NCBI RefSeq assembly: GCF_964204645.1
Contig: NC_134025.1
Coordinates: forward strand, 11,222,001 to 11,286,000
DNA: 64,000 nt
Reading direction: 5' to 3'
Origin: Tubulanus polymorphus
Lineage: Eukaryota; Animalia; Nemertea
Below the pieces are notes generated by a model. The model saw only the letters and a list, made by a program, of their open reading frames with translations. It did no database searches and was not told where the DNA came from. Made by a program: the position numbers and the translations under genes. Shown piece after piece: positions 37,501 through 49,852 of the stretch; position 1 is the stretch's first letter, and every line of letters starts with the position of its first letter.

Positions 37501-40500
37501 CGGGACCAAAATAAGCAAACGATACGGCTTCAATGCGCGACCGATGCCATGAAAATGAAATCGGTATCATAGATTTGTCGATTTGTCCCGAGTGATATAT
37601 AGATTCGTAATAGCGCATATTTCAATTCAATTCAGACTTTATTGCCCAACGCAACGAGAATGTACCGGCCGATAACAATAGGTGCTGTATATAGTTGTAC
37701 ATATCGTAGTCAAGTCTCGCCATTTCGAGAATTATGATGAAATCATAATTCGCTTAACAACGCATACGAGCTGACGAAGTCAAGTCTACATACAAATCGA
37801 TACAACTACTGTACAAATCAACTGTGTGGTTAATTAAGGTAATTAAGGCAACTTGTCTCGTCCGATCTACGTTGCTATATTGCATAGCGTTTACTCTCGC
37901 TACCGGCTGTGGCCAAATAACAACCTAAAAGTTAAAGCTATGAACTCGGGACATCGGGTTACCGTGTCATTATTTCCATATCAGATCCAGGAAGATTAGT
38001 AGAAGACATCAAAATACATACATAATGATTAGGCTATGAGGATAATGTAATTGCAATGTACTAGGGCTTTCGCAGGCATTTGGAATAAGATATAAGAAGG
38101 AACTTAGGAGATGAGATCATTTAGCTTATTTGACAACTACAAACACTGATTTCGGAAGACTGGGTGGTTCGAAAAAGTCACGAAGTAGACGCCGTAGGAA
38201 TTATCGAGAGCTCCGGCGAGAAGGAATATGTTGTCTTTTTCACCGAGAAATTCAACGCATTGGCATCGGTATCCGAACTATCCCGGTATTGGATACTATG
38301 TCGACCAACGTGTGCGTTCATTTAATCTAGCATGTGGTGTAGAAAAGTCTGAATATTCAGAGTTGTACGGAAGCTTATTTCAGACACGCGCAAAAAACCG
38401 TCTAGGTCACGACTTATTAGTGATCGTTGAAATTGTATTAAGTAATTAAGCTCAGCGTCTTATTTTGCACTGGATTTGTATCGTTCGTGCGAACGTATAC
38501 GAAATATTTACGATCGTTTAGTACAGGTCGATGAAATTAGTGATCGAATATTCGCTTTTTAATCGCCTTCGTCGATATATCGCGAATAGCACTGTGGATA
38601 TTTCCGAACATATATATACACTCAATCGTTAAAAATTGGAATTTCTATTTGAATGGACCTAAAATTCCAAAATCCTCACTAGTTTTAGCCAGAACACCGA
38701 GGACCAAGATTATAGCTTTATGAAACAGCTTATATCATATACCGATGATCATTGATGACCAAAAACCTCCATATTTTCGGTGAAACATTCAAGTGATCAC
38801 ACTTGATCCCACGTGAACAAAGTGTTCTGGGCTGTATTAACACGTAAAAAAACGCTCCGCCAATTTCACTGAATTAGTCATCAGCGGATTATTCGATTAC
38901 TGTATTGTGAATATTTCATCGAATAAGAGACTTAAATTGGTCATGGACGATAATGTTATCCATCGCTGCAGTCTTCACAAAAATATCATCACCTACGTAT
39001 GCAAAAGATTGGCGATCTAAAGAAGAAAGAAACCAAACGCGTAACCGGCGTAAATGCATATATCTTTGTTTTCGATCAGCCGGAAAAAGCATATCACCAA
39101 AGTCATATATTTGCGGAGCAGATGTTTCGCAACATATTCTTCTTCAGATATCGTTCACGATACAAATCTGATAATTACGGCCGTTAGTTCATTAAGTGCA
39201 CCAGAAACAGATATACAGAGTTTACGTACGAACTTCCGCTCGCTTCCTCGCCAAACATACCGGCGTATGCATATATGTTATGATATAGTTTTTGCCCCGA
39301 AATTATCCCCGCATGGAGCCCCGGCGACCTTTCCTTTTTCGAGCTCTTAAAACGACAACTTCGCCAAGTGCTAACTAAACACCGCGGTCAGAGAAACGCA
39401 TACGAAGTATACGTTAGAATAACTTTTTACCGTTCACGAATTCAGAGCCGGTCGACTCGTATCATACTTCGCCAGTGTTTTGACTGCATCAATACGCGAT
39501 GCGAGAATCGTTTTTCATTATTTACGTTTTCAAGCCTATATACACGCGCATCCCGCTGCGAATTGAACTTGAGGTTTTTTAATGGATACGAAATTACCTG
39601 AATCCGATTGCTATCTATTTTTCGCAAGGTATATCGTTTCAATTTTTCATAAGGCACGATTATAGCCGTTTTCGATTGCCAACTTCCCATCCCAAATTTC
39701 CTCTAGAAGATTTGCCCCCCCCCCAAAAAAAAGAAGAATTCATGAACATAGCGAAATGTCCCAAACCATGTCATGATCAACACTTATATTTCAGTAAAAA
39801 ACGCAATGCAAAATTAAACCGTTATTCAGTTCTTTTTTTTTCAAATCAAATTTGATCGAGCCAGTCAATCATACTGACGGGCGAAATTGATTTTGAAAAA
39901 TTGCCGATCTTTTTTTTGTCGACCGACGTGTGATTATTAAGCATATTTTTAATTCGTTCGCGACAATATTATTAGTAGTAACAATAGCACGTCGTATATC
40001 AAACATCATACCAATATTGATGCATATTGAAACCATTTCCGACGCAATAATATCTTGATTTTGATCATTATTCTCCGTTCACCGGCGCTCTGTTTGCCTA
40101 TATGAATTTCAATTGATGCAACAGCTAAGTCAATACATTACGGCGGAATAAATTTTTCTCTTGTGTTTCCGTTTTGCAAACCGAGCCCAGACTAACTATA
40201 TGAAATGTTTTGTACAAGGGCATCAGATGGCAGAACAATGATGCTGCATTGTAACAGTTCCTCAAAGCGACTGTGGAAACTGTAGGTGGTCACCAGTGGT
40301 GGAAAACCGAGTATTGGCTTCTATAAATGAAATGAATTCATTCGTCATCTCGGATGATGTTGTGTTTTTTTTTCGTATAACAGATATGAATAACCTGCAC
40401 GATTTTCAATCCCATATGCCGTGTTATTATCTATCGTGTATATCAATGAAATACGCATTACCATCGGGGTAGCATAAATTTGGAAATTAAATACGGGACG

Positions 40501-40901
40501 CTGAGATTTTTTACGTGAATATTTAAACAAAATGAATTTCGCTGAATCGTCAATTATTGCGAGCATCGATTTTGGCGGATCGTTTGTCAGATTACGCTCG
40601 CTCACTGTGACGAACAAGTAATCTCCGAAGATCGTTTAGGACTGTCTACGTATTTCAAAGTTTATACGTGGATTGTAAAATTGATTCGTTTTCGAGTCCG
40701 TGGTTTGTATCACGAGCATTTATTTTGAAATTGAGGTTTTTTTTGCCGATGGCGCCAGTAAAGGCTTTAATCGACGATTTTAACGTTTGAAGGTGAATAT
40801 AACATTCCAACTTTTTCCAACTATCAACTTTTCTCCCTTTAGGACTCGAATGAAGTCCGAAATATAGAGTTAATGATTGTTAACTAAAACAAGAAATTTA
40901 C
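31501..40901 (-). other. Six3/6 intron (9401 bp, GT-AG, phase 2)
   Basis: GTAAAT donor and polypyrimidine+TAG acceptor with compatible phase. Confidence 0.82.
35200..35370 (+). mobile_element. possible degenerate tRNA-headed SINE in the Six3/6 intron
   Basis: B-box-like GGGCTCGAACCC near 35245-35256 followed by a GC-richer body. Confidence 0.3.
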
Positions 40902-41488
40902 CTGTTTTTCGCGGCGGCTGCCCGATCTCTTTGTCGCCTATTTTTGAACCAGTTTCCAACTTGTGTCGGTGTGAGTCCCGTCGCCTGGGCTAACTCTCGC
41001 TTCTTCGTCGGATTCGGATACGGGTCCTGCAAGTACCATTCGCGTAATAAACTCCTTGTTCGCTCCTTGAAACAATGCGTTTTCTGTTCACCGTCCCAGA
41101 TGGTTCTGGGTAACGGGTACTTCTTTCTCACTCGATACTTGTCCACAGGTCCCAGAGGTCGGCCGCGTAGTTTCTCGGCTTCTTGGTAGTGCGCTTCCAG
41201 CCACATAGCCTGCAATTTCGCGTGCGATTCCTTCGTGAATCTGTGATTTTCCAGTAGGTGATAAAGGTCCTTAAAGTTCCCCGTGTGAAAAGCAACGAGT
41301 GCCCGAGCCCTGAGCACAGATTCGTGCTTATTAAGCGCTTCACACGCCGTCGGATTGACAGGCAGCGACCACAAAAACCGTCCTAAACGTTCAATATCTC
41401 CGCTTTCTTCCAAAGTTTCACAAACCTGGGCCACTTGGGCCGGCGTGAAATTTAAAGTTGGGAGATGGAAAACTGGTAAAGTCATCAT
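40902..41488 (-). CDS. six3/6: Six3/6 (optix-type) homeobox transcription factor, exon 1 (Six domain + homeodomain)
   Basis: Translation [43 protein letters not shown]...[85 protein letters not shown] tetrapeptide is diagnostic for Six3/6; K50 homeodomain (WFKN). First in-frame ATG at 41488, with an in-frame TAG upstream at 41563-41561. Ends AAC AG|GTAAAT (donor GT 40901-40900). Confidence 0.97.
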
Positions 41489-41589
41489 TGCTCCCCGATC
41501 CTTCTTGGTGAAGTGATATCTTGCTCTCGCTTTCAAATGCTTGTTATTGCACCAGTGAACCTAGTTCAACACTATTAAAGCTAAATACT

Positions 41590-41770
41590 GGGGCGGGGTA
41601 CCGCGACATCTGAGGTGTCACTTGTTATCCGCTACTGTCGATCATCCAGACAATAATCGACCTAATCACCGTGTCATTACGCGCGCAAAGCGCGCATTCA
41701 TTGGCTCGCCACCGCGCTATTCAAGGCGTTGCTATACCTACGCTGCCAATCATTTACGAGCCAGTCAATC
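41590..41770 (-). promoter_or_regulatory. Six3/6 proximal promoter / 5' region
   Basis: GC box GGGGCGGGG (41590-41598), CCAAT boxes in both orientations (ATTGG 41700-41704, CCAAT 41746-41750), CG-rich patch, TAAT/TAATC and GTGTCA motifs, 100-280 bp upstream of the ATG. TSS not determinable. Confidence 0.5.
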
Positions 41771-44700
41771 TAGGAGGTAACCACACCACAAATCCGAATG
41801 GATTTCTAAACCATAAAACTACTGCCATCTAATGATGCCAATAGTCACGAGATTTGCTGTAAAATTCACACAACCTTTAAAATTGTAAATATAGAGGCGT
41901 CACTTTTTATCTACATTCGGCGTTTGAAATAAAGATTTAAACGCAATGCAAGTATTATATATTCATATCATTAAGTACTTATGGTCAACAAGGCCGGTCA
42001 ACTTTCGGAGGTTCATTGAAATCCACTGGGTGACACATTTAACCGCGTGAAGGGTTTAAGCCGACCCCTGGCGAGAGCAATAGGAATGCCAATATAAATG
42101 CGTAAGACCCCCGCGTTTGGGGCTATTGTCGAGTGATTTATCGATGACTGTTACATTCGCGTGTTTGTTGGAACTGTGAAAATTCGCCGCCAATAGTCTG
42201 TGGGAAAGTTAGTGGCTCTCTCGTTCAGGTAGCAACGTTTAGTTTACGTGTTGTTAAAGTGTCAACTACTTCAAATTCGACTATTATTCTACGCGGACCA
42301 AGTGACCAACATTGAACGGGTTAGCCAATTATCAATGAAGACTGTTGATCGCGGGCCTATATGGATGAGACATTTTTCTGTTACTGCGCGCCTCCCCGTC
42401 AGGTCAATTTATTATTGATTACGACATTTTGGTTCGTTGTAGCATATAGAGTCCATAGTTGTAGTAAATGTCAGTATCTGTGCAGTGTGGTGACCGAATC
42501 AAATGTATCTTAAATGTCTACTTATTAGAATGATGCATATATGGATGCGAATCGTTTGGTTTTCAAATGCATGTTACCAGTTATAATGACGGCGCGCGGT
42601 CGAATCCCAACACAACAACGCGTGTGTCACAGATGGCGCTAGCGAACGATCGATGAGTTGAAAAACCGGCGCCGGTGTTTATTCCGGCTTCAGTGAGGGT
42701 AGTTGACTAGAAAACAAAACGATAAAATACTCGATTCAAAGATCTTGAATATCCGAATACACAAAACACAGGTCCACAATAGATGATTATTTGTACAGGG
42801 GCAATTAGTGGCATGTTTGACCGAACATCGGCGAGCGCTTGATATTTTCTAAAAAACATAATATCCACAAGGATCATCGAACAAAATAATTGTCCCAGAA
42901 ACAAAATGCTGCACTCAGTAACACTCCGCAACGATATATGTACATATATAAATAGCGAATTTAGAACAGGAGTTCTCGATTGTCGACTGTAGCAGACTGC
43001 AAGTATCATTGCTCAAATCATTGGCGCTAGTTATTCCTCTCAATAGTTCCAGCAAACATAATAACACCGTGCCTAATTTCGTCTATTACAAAACTGCCAT
43101 GAAATAACCATTAAACGTCCCATTTGTGTCTCATATATACGTGTGGGGTTAATTGAACTTATAATAGAGCCTGCTAATCGATGGGGAGGAGATTAGGGTA
43201 TTTTTTAACGAGGCCTTATTAAGGCGGGAAAATATGCTAATTACACGGTGTATACCTATAGTCCAGGGGTATACGTAACAGCCGAACGAGAGACCTTTGC
43301 TTGTCGTAATTGTGTTCCCGCTGTTTTTACCGATCGTGCATCTTCGCCTGTACGCGGTAAACGAGACGAAATGCCACAAAAATAATTCGCCGAGATAATT
43401 TTCGCATTTATTTTTGACGCCTACTGTATGAACAATCGCTCGTATCATGATGACTGCACTGAGATGCACCCGATGAGGTACTCAACTGCGTGATTATCAC
43501 CGAATTGCGAATTAGCATTCGGGTTCGTTCTCATACGCGTCACGGCGCCTCTGGTTTTTTTTTCTGTAAACTGCAATTCGTATTGCGAAATGTCATCTCG
43601 CTAACAAACAATAGTTTTTTTTAAATGTCTACATCTATGCTTGTATATGTAATTAGATATCTGGCTTGTCTTTAATTAGTTGACTTATGCATTATTCAAC
43701 GTTATTCATCCATGCATGATGCACATTTTTTGCGAAGAAGAGTATCGTCTTTCGACGCATTCGTAAGTACGGAGTCTTCAATTAGATAAGCCAGACTTAC
43801 TCATTTTCCGTAATGCTTTTTCTATCCTTTTTTTATCATTTTTATGCGGAAAGAAAGTTCCTCTAACCTAAAACTCGCTGACTATCTCGTATCGATCGAT
43901 TGATATGTTAACGCGTGATTCAATATCTGTTCAATGTACTCGACAAAGCTAAAAAATGATATATACCTTGTATACCTTGTTTCTCCTAATTGGTCGGGTA
44001 ATTTTGTAAATCGCAATGAAATTTGTAAACAATTAATCTCTATAGGCGCCGGGTGTTTTTGGTAAACTTGATCGTGATTTTGAAAGAAAGTAATATTCAG
44101 CTTATACATATCTGTGCCGGGTAAACTTTTAAGCTCAGCAGAAAGGAGAAACAAGGTATCAAATTTTTAGCCTAACCTTGTCAACGAAGCTAGTCTAACC
44201 GCGAGAGCGGAGGATCGGTCCGTTTCTAACAATGCGAAAAAAATTAGATGATTTTCAACGATTCGTGTTTTCAGCTTCAGATAACTATATAAAATGTGGT
44301 CTCAATCGCGATTTTCTCCACGCGCGTACAGACGTATCATCACATTTTCAAGATTTCATACGTACGTTGGTATAGCCCATCATCGAGCATATGTTTTGAG
44401 GTATAAATATCGGCGATAATGAGTGCGGTAACGAGTATCGGGCTTATAAGCGAAGCTCGGCCCGGCGAGGGGGTGTTGTTGCGATGTGTCGCCCGACGCA
44501 AGGGGCCAAATGTTCTTGATTAGAGCTCGCGCGATACTCAGTGATGTGAATAGTTCCCGGTGCGTGTACGAACGGCTAAAGCTAGTCTGGTGTGGCTGTA
44601 CGTATCGTTTCGAAAGCGCCGGTCTATCGCGAAATCGATCCTACGAACCCGACTGGGAGATGGAGCTAGCTAGCAGATCGGATTAGGTAGATCCCCACAG

Positions 44701-46126
44701 CGGTGCCATGATAACTTAAAATATATGGGAAATGTGGTATTACCCGTTTACACAAATGCACACGTATCTTCAAACGATGTAATTAAAATCTATCGGGCAC
44801 CGGAATTGGAGTTGACATGGCCAAATGGAAATCATTCCGCTGAAGTGCTCATCTAAATCGTTATTAGTAGACATGGTAAACGTTGGCCTTGAATTCACTA
44901 TTTGACACGAAATTACACGTCCCTTGCAAAAGACCATCTCATCCGATTCAATTGCAATATAGCGATCGATGGTTGGTGAATATAACAAGTGGAGGTTGAT
45001 ATATGAGCATTTGACACCAATCAGGCGGTGTATTCGTCGCGTATCGATCGACACCGAAGCACCGCATTCAAATGGAAATATCGATGGAGATTGATTTGAC
45101 AACCGTCTTTATCGCAAATGAAATCGCTAGCTACCAATGTGTAAATCGCCCACTTCTGAACAGATTAGCGCTGATGACACTAAACCGAGTGAATAGTTCG
45201 CTCTTCGGTGCCGTCGAGTTAGCAATTTACAGATGGTCACCGCGATGACCCAGCCTTTATTTCGACCTCGCCTTGACAATTTTTTTTCATAAATGGTCCA
45301 ATATCCTTAAGTTTCGGTTCTTTGCGTATTTCATCAAATTTTCATATATTTCCAACTTCAGATAAAACTTGAACGTTATTGCGTACATATTATCTTCTGA
45401 TTGTTCAGCAAGGCAGTTTTAGAGCAGTCAGTGGTATGACCAAAAAAGTAATTTGATATAGCTGTTACCCACAGAGGTACGTATAGCTAATACCCCATCT
45501 AACAATGCCCCAATGTGCACAATATAGCTCCTGGATATTGCCTTCATGGGAGGGTGTAATGTCCAGGGGCTATAATTGTCCGTATACGGCCTATAGGCAC
45601 TCAAAGTAAAAGCTGAAGTTGTGATAGAAACAGAAAAACCACCAAATGTTACATGTCTCGAATAACTCTTATGGCGATCTGCGACGCAGTAGATATTGTT
45701 CGTTTGGAAGTCGGCATTGCTACGGACTAACACTTAAAACTAATACGATTAAAATTCAGTTTATTGAAAATTCACATCTGTGCCATAAATATATAGAACT
45801 TGTTCGCGCATCCAATAACAGTTATCATACATTGTCCAATCATTTTCTTTTGATACAATCGATCATTTTGCAACTTTAATATGTGAAGAGGGCAGCAACA
45901 GCTTGGGCGACACGCGGAGGTCTAAAAGTGACAATAAACTGAAACAGTAACAACCATAATCATTGACCTAAGTTTCTCGGTACATAACTATTATCTACAT
46001 GAAGGTACTATTTGAATTGTTCACAACTTGATAAAAGGTATTATCAGGAACTAATCATGGATTTCATGAGTTTTCTTTGAAACGATAACGGTTAATGGCT
46101 GAACATTTTAACTGTGTTTCAAAAAA

Positions 46127-46686
46127 TCCCTCTCCCTCTCCCTCTCCCTCTCCCTCTCCCTCTCCCTCTCCCTCTCCCTCTCCCTCTCCCTCTCCCTCTC
46201 CCTCTCCCTCTCCCTCTCCCTCTCCCTCTCCCTCTCCCTCTCCCTCTCCCTCTCCCTCTCCCTCTCCCTCTCCCTCTCCCTCTCCCTCTCCCTCTCCCTC
46301 TCCCTCTCCCTCTCCCTCTCCCTCTCCCTCTCCCTCTCCCTCTCCCTCTCCCTCTCCCTCTCCCTCTCCCTCTCCCTCTCCCTCTCCCTCTCCCTCTCCC
46401 TCTCCCTCTCCCTCTCCCTCTCCCTCTCCCTCTCCCTCTCCCTCTCCCTCTCCCTCTCCCTCTCCCTCTCCCTCTCCCTCTCCCTCTCCCTCTCCCTCTC
46501 CCTCTCCCTCTCCCTCTCCCTCTCCCTCTCCCTCTCCCTCTCCCTCTCCCTCTCCCTCTCCCTCTCCCTCTCCCTCTCCCTCTCCCTCTCCCTCTCCCTC
46601 TCCCTCTCCCTCTCCCTCTCCCTCTCCCTCTCCCTCTCCCTCTCCCTCTCCCTCTCCCTCTCCCTCTCCCTCTCCCTCTCCCTCTC
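46127..46686. repeat. perfect (TCTCCC)n hexamer microsatellite, about 560 bp
   Basis: Uninterrupted tandem array seen directly. Confidence 0.98.
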
Positions 46687-49232
46687 ACTCTCCATTCATT
46701 CAAGCATCCGTTCAAAGCCAGATACGGATACGTAAGTCACAGCGCGCCTCATCGTAATATCATGGAGGCAATCAATTAGTTAACTGAAGAAAAAGTTACA
46801 GTTTACTGCTGTTTGACGTCCATAATGAGGTTTATGCATCCTTACAACCTATAAAAAAGCGGTATATAATTACTAATCATTTAACATCAAATAGGCTGTA
46901 GATAATTTGGTTTTCAAGATGGCTACAAATTTACTAAAACAGTATCGCAACGATGGCGATGATCGATCGATAGATCGAGGGATTATATACACCAAACATT
47001 CGACAGTTACAAATGTATTTATAAACTGAAGTATATATAATTCGCATTAGTAACGGGGCATCTGTTTACGTCGCGGCTTTCGATCGTGTGGAAAACTGCG
47101 GATTAAATCGAGAGGGCCTAATTGTTGCACAAAGGTTTAATGAGTTTGCTATAAACAGGGACCATGGGGTGCTTACACCATCGGTAAGGTACTGCAGGTG
47201 CATCCAGTCGGACACCCATGGAGACGGAGACTGTATATTGTGATATTTGGCCAGAAAATCTATTCGGTTATGTCACAAAGACGCAATTCGTTAATCCGCG
47301 AATACACCTTTACTCGTTGAAAGTTGGAGAAAAGGATTATCTTGTCTTTAAAAAACAGTATTTAACTATATTTTTTCCGAATTCAGCCATATCCATCGTA
47401 ACAACCATATTGGCCCATGTAATGTGACACCGTAAAAATGAATAGGGCTACCATCCTTCTTCACTTCACAAGAATATGCTTATGGGCGAATATCAAAGCA
47501 GAACATTAAGCTAGCTATTTTTGCGGTTTCCGACAAAACCGCATCTTTGGTTTCTCGGACGTGTCCTTATTGTAGCCCGCGGTCCGGTTCTTGGTCCGTG
47601 CGATAATTACGTTCTTAAGTGAATTAACGCGTTTCTTTACCGCCACGAAGTATCGGTTGGTGTGACAGCCGCGGAGCGTTGCTATTTTCCCTTCGGTTAG
47701 GAGCGGTTAACTTGATAACACAGCGAGACAAAATAGAGCCTATTACGCAGAAAAACAACGCTCCATATAACACGTGTTATATTCTAGAAAAAATGTTCAT
47801 GTATCTATACGCTGTCCGTATGTGTAATTAGATAGAGCTACGTCATAACTATTAAAATCGATCGTCATATTGCGGTCGTCGAGTTTCAGTATCGAAGTCG
47901 GCGGCTAAGTTCACCTAAGACGATAGTATCAGTTTATGATAAATACCACGTGTGCTGTTCCATAAATTTTCATTTGAATATTAGAATACATTTTCAGGGC
48001 TACAAGACGGTCAACAATTTTTCGTGCTACCTATTTGCATATCTGTTATTTTGCATAGTGAAAAAAAAAACAAACAAACAGTCATCGCTGAAAGGCCCTT
48101 TTATTCAACGATTTCATTACCGCAGGTATATCATCGAGACAAAACATATGTTTTGTTGTACGTTGGGTTCATTTCTACGCAGCTATGAGCCCTTTAATTT
48201 AGCCATACTATACGAAACCGGGAGTTCGGAGCGTCGGCGCTCAGATTTAGATCTCACGTTGTTAGCAAACCATAAACACACGCAGTCCGATGGCTTAAAG
48301 GATAAAACACACACCGTAGAAATGCGCGTTAAATGCTTTTGAACTTCTGTTATTCTGTTTGAGCCTAATTCGTTAGATTTTTAACCGTTTAGCTTGAAAG
48401 AATGGGAAGTTGCGTATATGTTTTCATTCGCCGGACATAAAAACTATTGCTTGTTCTCTCATTCATTCAGAGTGAACGTGTATTTTTGGGATTTATACTA
48501 TTGGAAGCGAAAACGAAGAAAATATTTATAAAATTGTTTCTAACGGTCGGGTGAGGTTCAGATTTGACGAAAACTTTTGGCACCAAAAGGATATGTTTTC
48601 TCGCGTTTTGAATTCTCGCGCGAGAAAACAAAGAAGGCCCAATGTGAACATTTTTAATCGTTCCTCTAGCCGTACAGATGACAATTTTTTTTAGTATGGC
48701 CCGAATCAGCCACCAAACAGATTTGATCGTGTAGATTCGGTTACGTGGCGTGAACTCGAAACCGGAGGCGCATAAGAACGACAGTAGCGATCATGCACAA
48801 GTTCAAATAAAAAACTAACTTTATTGATTCGTAACGTAGCCCTACGCATTAACATTCTGAGATGATCGCGATTCAGAATTCAAAATTCAGGCTCAAATTC
48901 AAATAAGCTTTGTTGGTCCTCAATGTAATGAAACATTATCGGCAAGTACAATAAAATAGATGAACATGCGAGATGAAAAACGAAGAACACGAAATTAAGT
49001 ATCAGAACCTTTCGTCAGAAAATAGCGAGAGAGAGTGAGAGAGAGAAAATAATTAAATTAATACATGTAACAGCAATGATGACAATTATGACTAATTATA
49101 ATTATGATGATGATAATCGTAGAAATAAAAACATTAACAACCAATTATGATTATAATGATGGCAAATAGAAATGATAATATTTGGGTGAGACAATGAGAG
49201 AAAACGTCACGGCGTGTCATACGTAGACCGTC

Positions 49233-49305
49233 AAAATGCCATCCCCCTCGGCGAGGATTCGAACCTGATGGTATCGTTACACTCAGCCACGGCACGAAAC
49301 ACTAG
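49233..49305 (-). mobile_element. tRNA-derived SINE head (Pol III B box)
   Basis: Minus strand CTAGTGTTTCGTGCCGTGGC...CGATACCATCAGGTTCGAATCCT; homologous to 49775-49852. Confidence 0.55.
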
Positions 49306-49422
49306 ACCGGGTGCGCGTGTACATGCGCAGGTTTACCGCACGAAAACTTGTGGCACCAATCAGATTGCTCGTTGTATAATCGCTGAGGTTTTTCACGAAA
49401 AAAAAACTATACATGGGAAAAC

Positions 49423-49509
49423 TAGACTGGTTGCCGGTCTCTACCTTCAGTTAGATTCTATTCTGACTGCGAACGCAGGTGGCGCAGAATTGGACAGGCG
49501 ACCAGTCTA
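49423..49509. mobile_element. 87-bp MITE with 17-bp TIRs and ~9-bp TSD
   Basis: TAGACTGGTTGCCGGTC ... GACAGGCGACCAGTCTA; flanks TGGGAAAAC (49414-49422) and TGGAAAAAC (49510-49518). Confidence 0.65.
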
Positions 49510-49593
49510 TGGAAAAACCCGGGCTAAAATAAAATGGGATATCTGATTGGCTAATAATGACAGCATCTAAGCTGTGCTACGCACTCGGCCTGT

Positions 49594-49773
49594 AGGCTGC
49601 TCGTTTCACTCTGCGGAGTACTCCAAACAGTGCCATCTAGCGGAATTCTCGCTGCCCCACAAAATTTTGTGGAGTAGCAGAGTAGCGTCTGAAAGAGTCA
49701 CGTGACCTGATCTAGTGTATTTCTTTGCTCCGCACAGTGTTCGGAGTACTCCGCAGAGTGAAACGAGCAGCCT
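49594..49773. mobile_element. MITE with 36-bp terminal inverted repeats
   Basis: AGGCTGCTCGTTTCACTCTGCGGAGTACTCC(A/G)AACA at 49594-49629 and inverted at 49738-49773, 1 mismatch. No clear TSD. Confidence 0.8.
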
Positions 49774-49774
49774 G

Positions 49775-49852
49775 CTAGTGTGGCAGCGTGGCAGGGTTTC
49801 GTGACGTGGCAATCTCGATGCCATCAGGTTCGAATCTCTGACAGGGAGAATG
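49775..49852 (+). mobile_element. tRNA-derived SINE head (Pol III A/B boxes)
   Basis: TGGCAGCGTGG (A-box-like) ... TTTCGTGACGTGGC...CGATGCCATCAGGTTCGAATCTC (B box). Confidence 0.55.

Noticed and set aside
40898-40901. Single-exon Six3/6 ending at TAA after KNR
   Set aside because: The TAA is part of the GTAAAT splice donor, and a phase-compatible exon 2 exists.
41489-41536. N-terminal extension [16 protein letters not shown] of Six3/6
   Set aside because: Starts at TTG (prokaryotic-style ORF call). The first ATG is at 41488, where similarity to Six3/6 N-termini begins.
46095-46779. Four ~200-aa ORFs (SP, ER, LP, RG dipeptide repeats)
   Set aside because: Artefacts of the stop-free (TCTCCC)n microsatellite.
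49775-49852. Functional tRNA gene
   Set aside because: B box present but no full cloverleaf; the diverged paralogous copy nearby indicates a SINE head.
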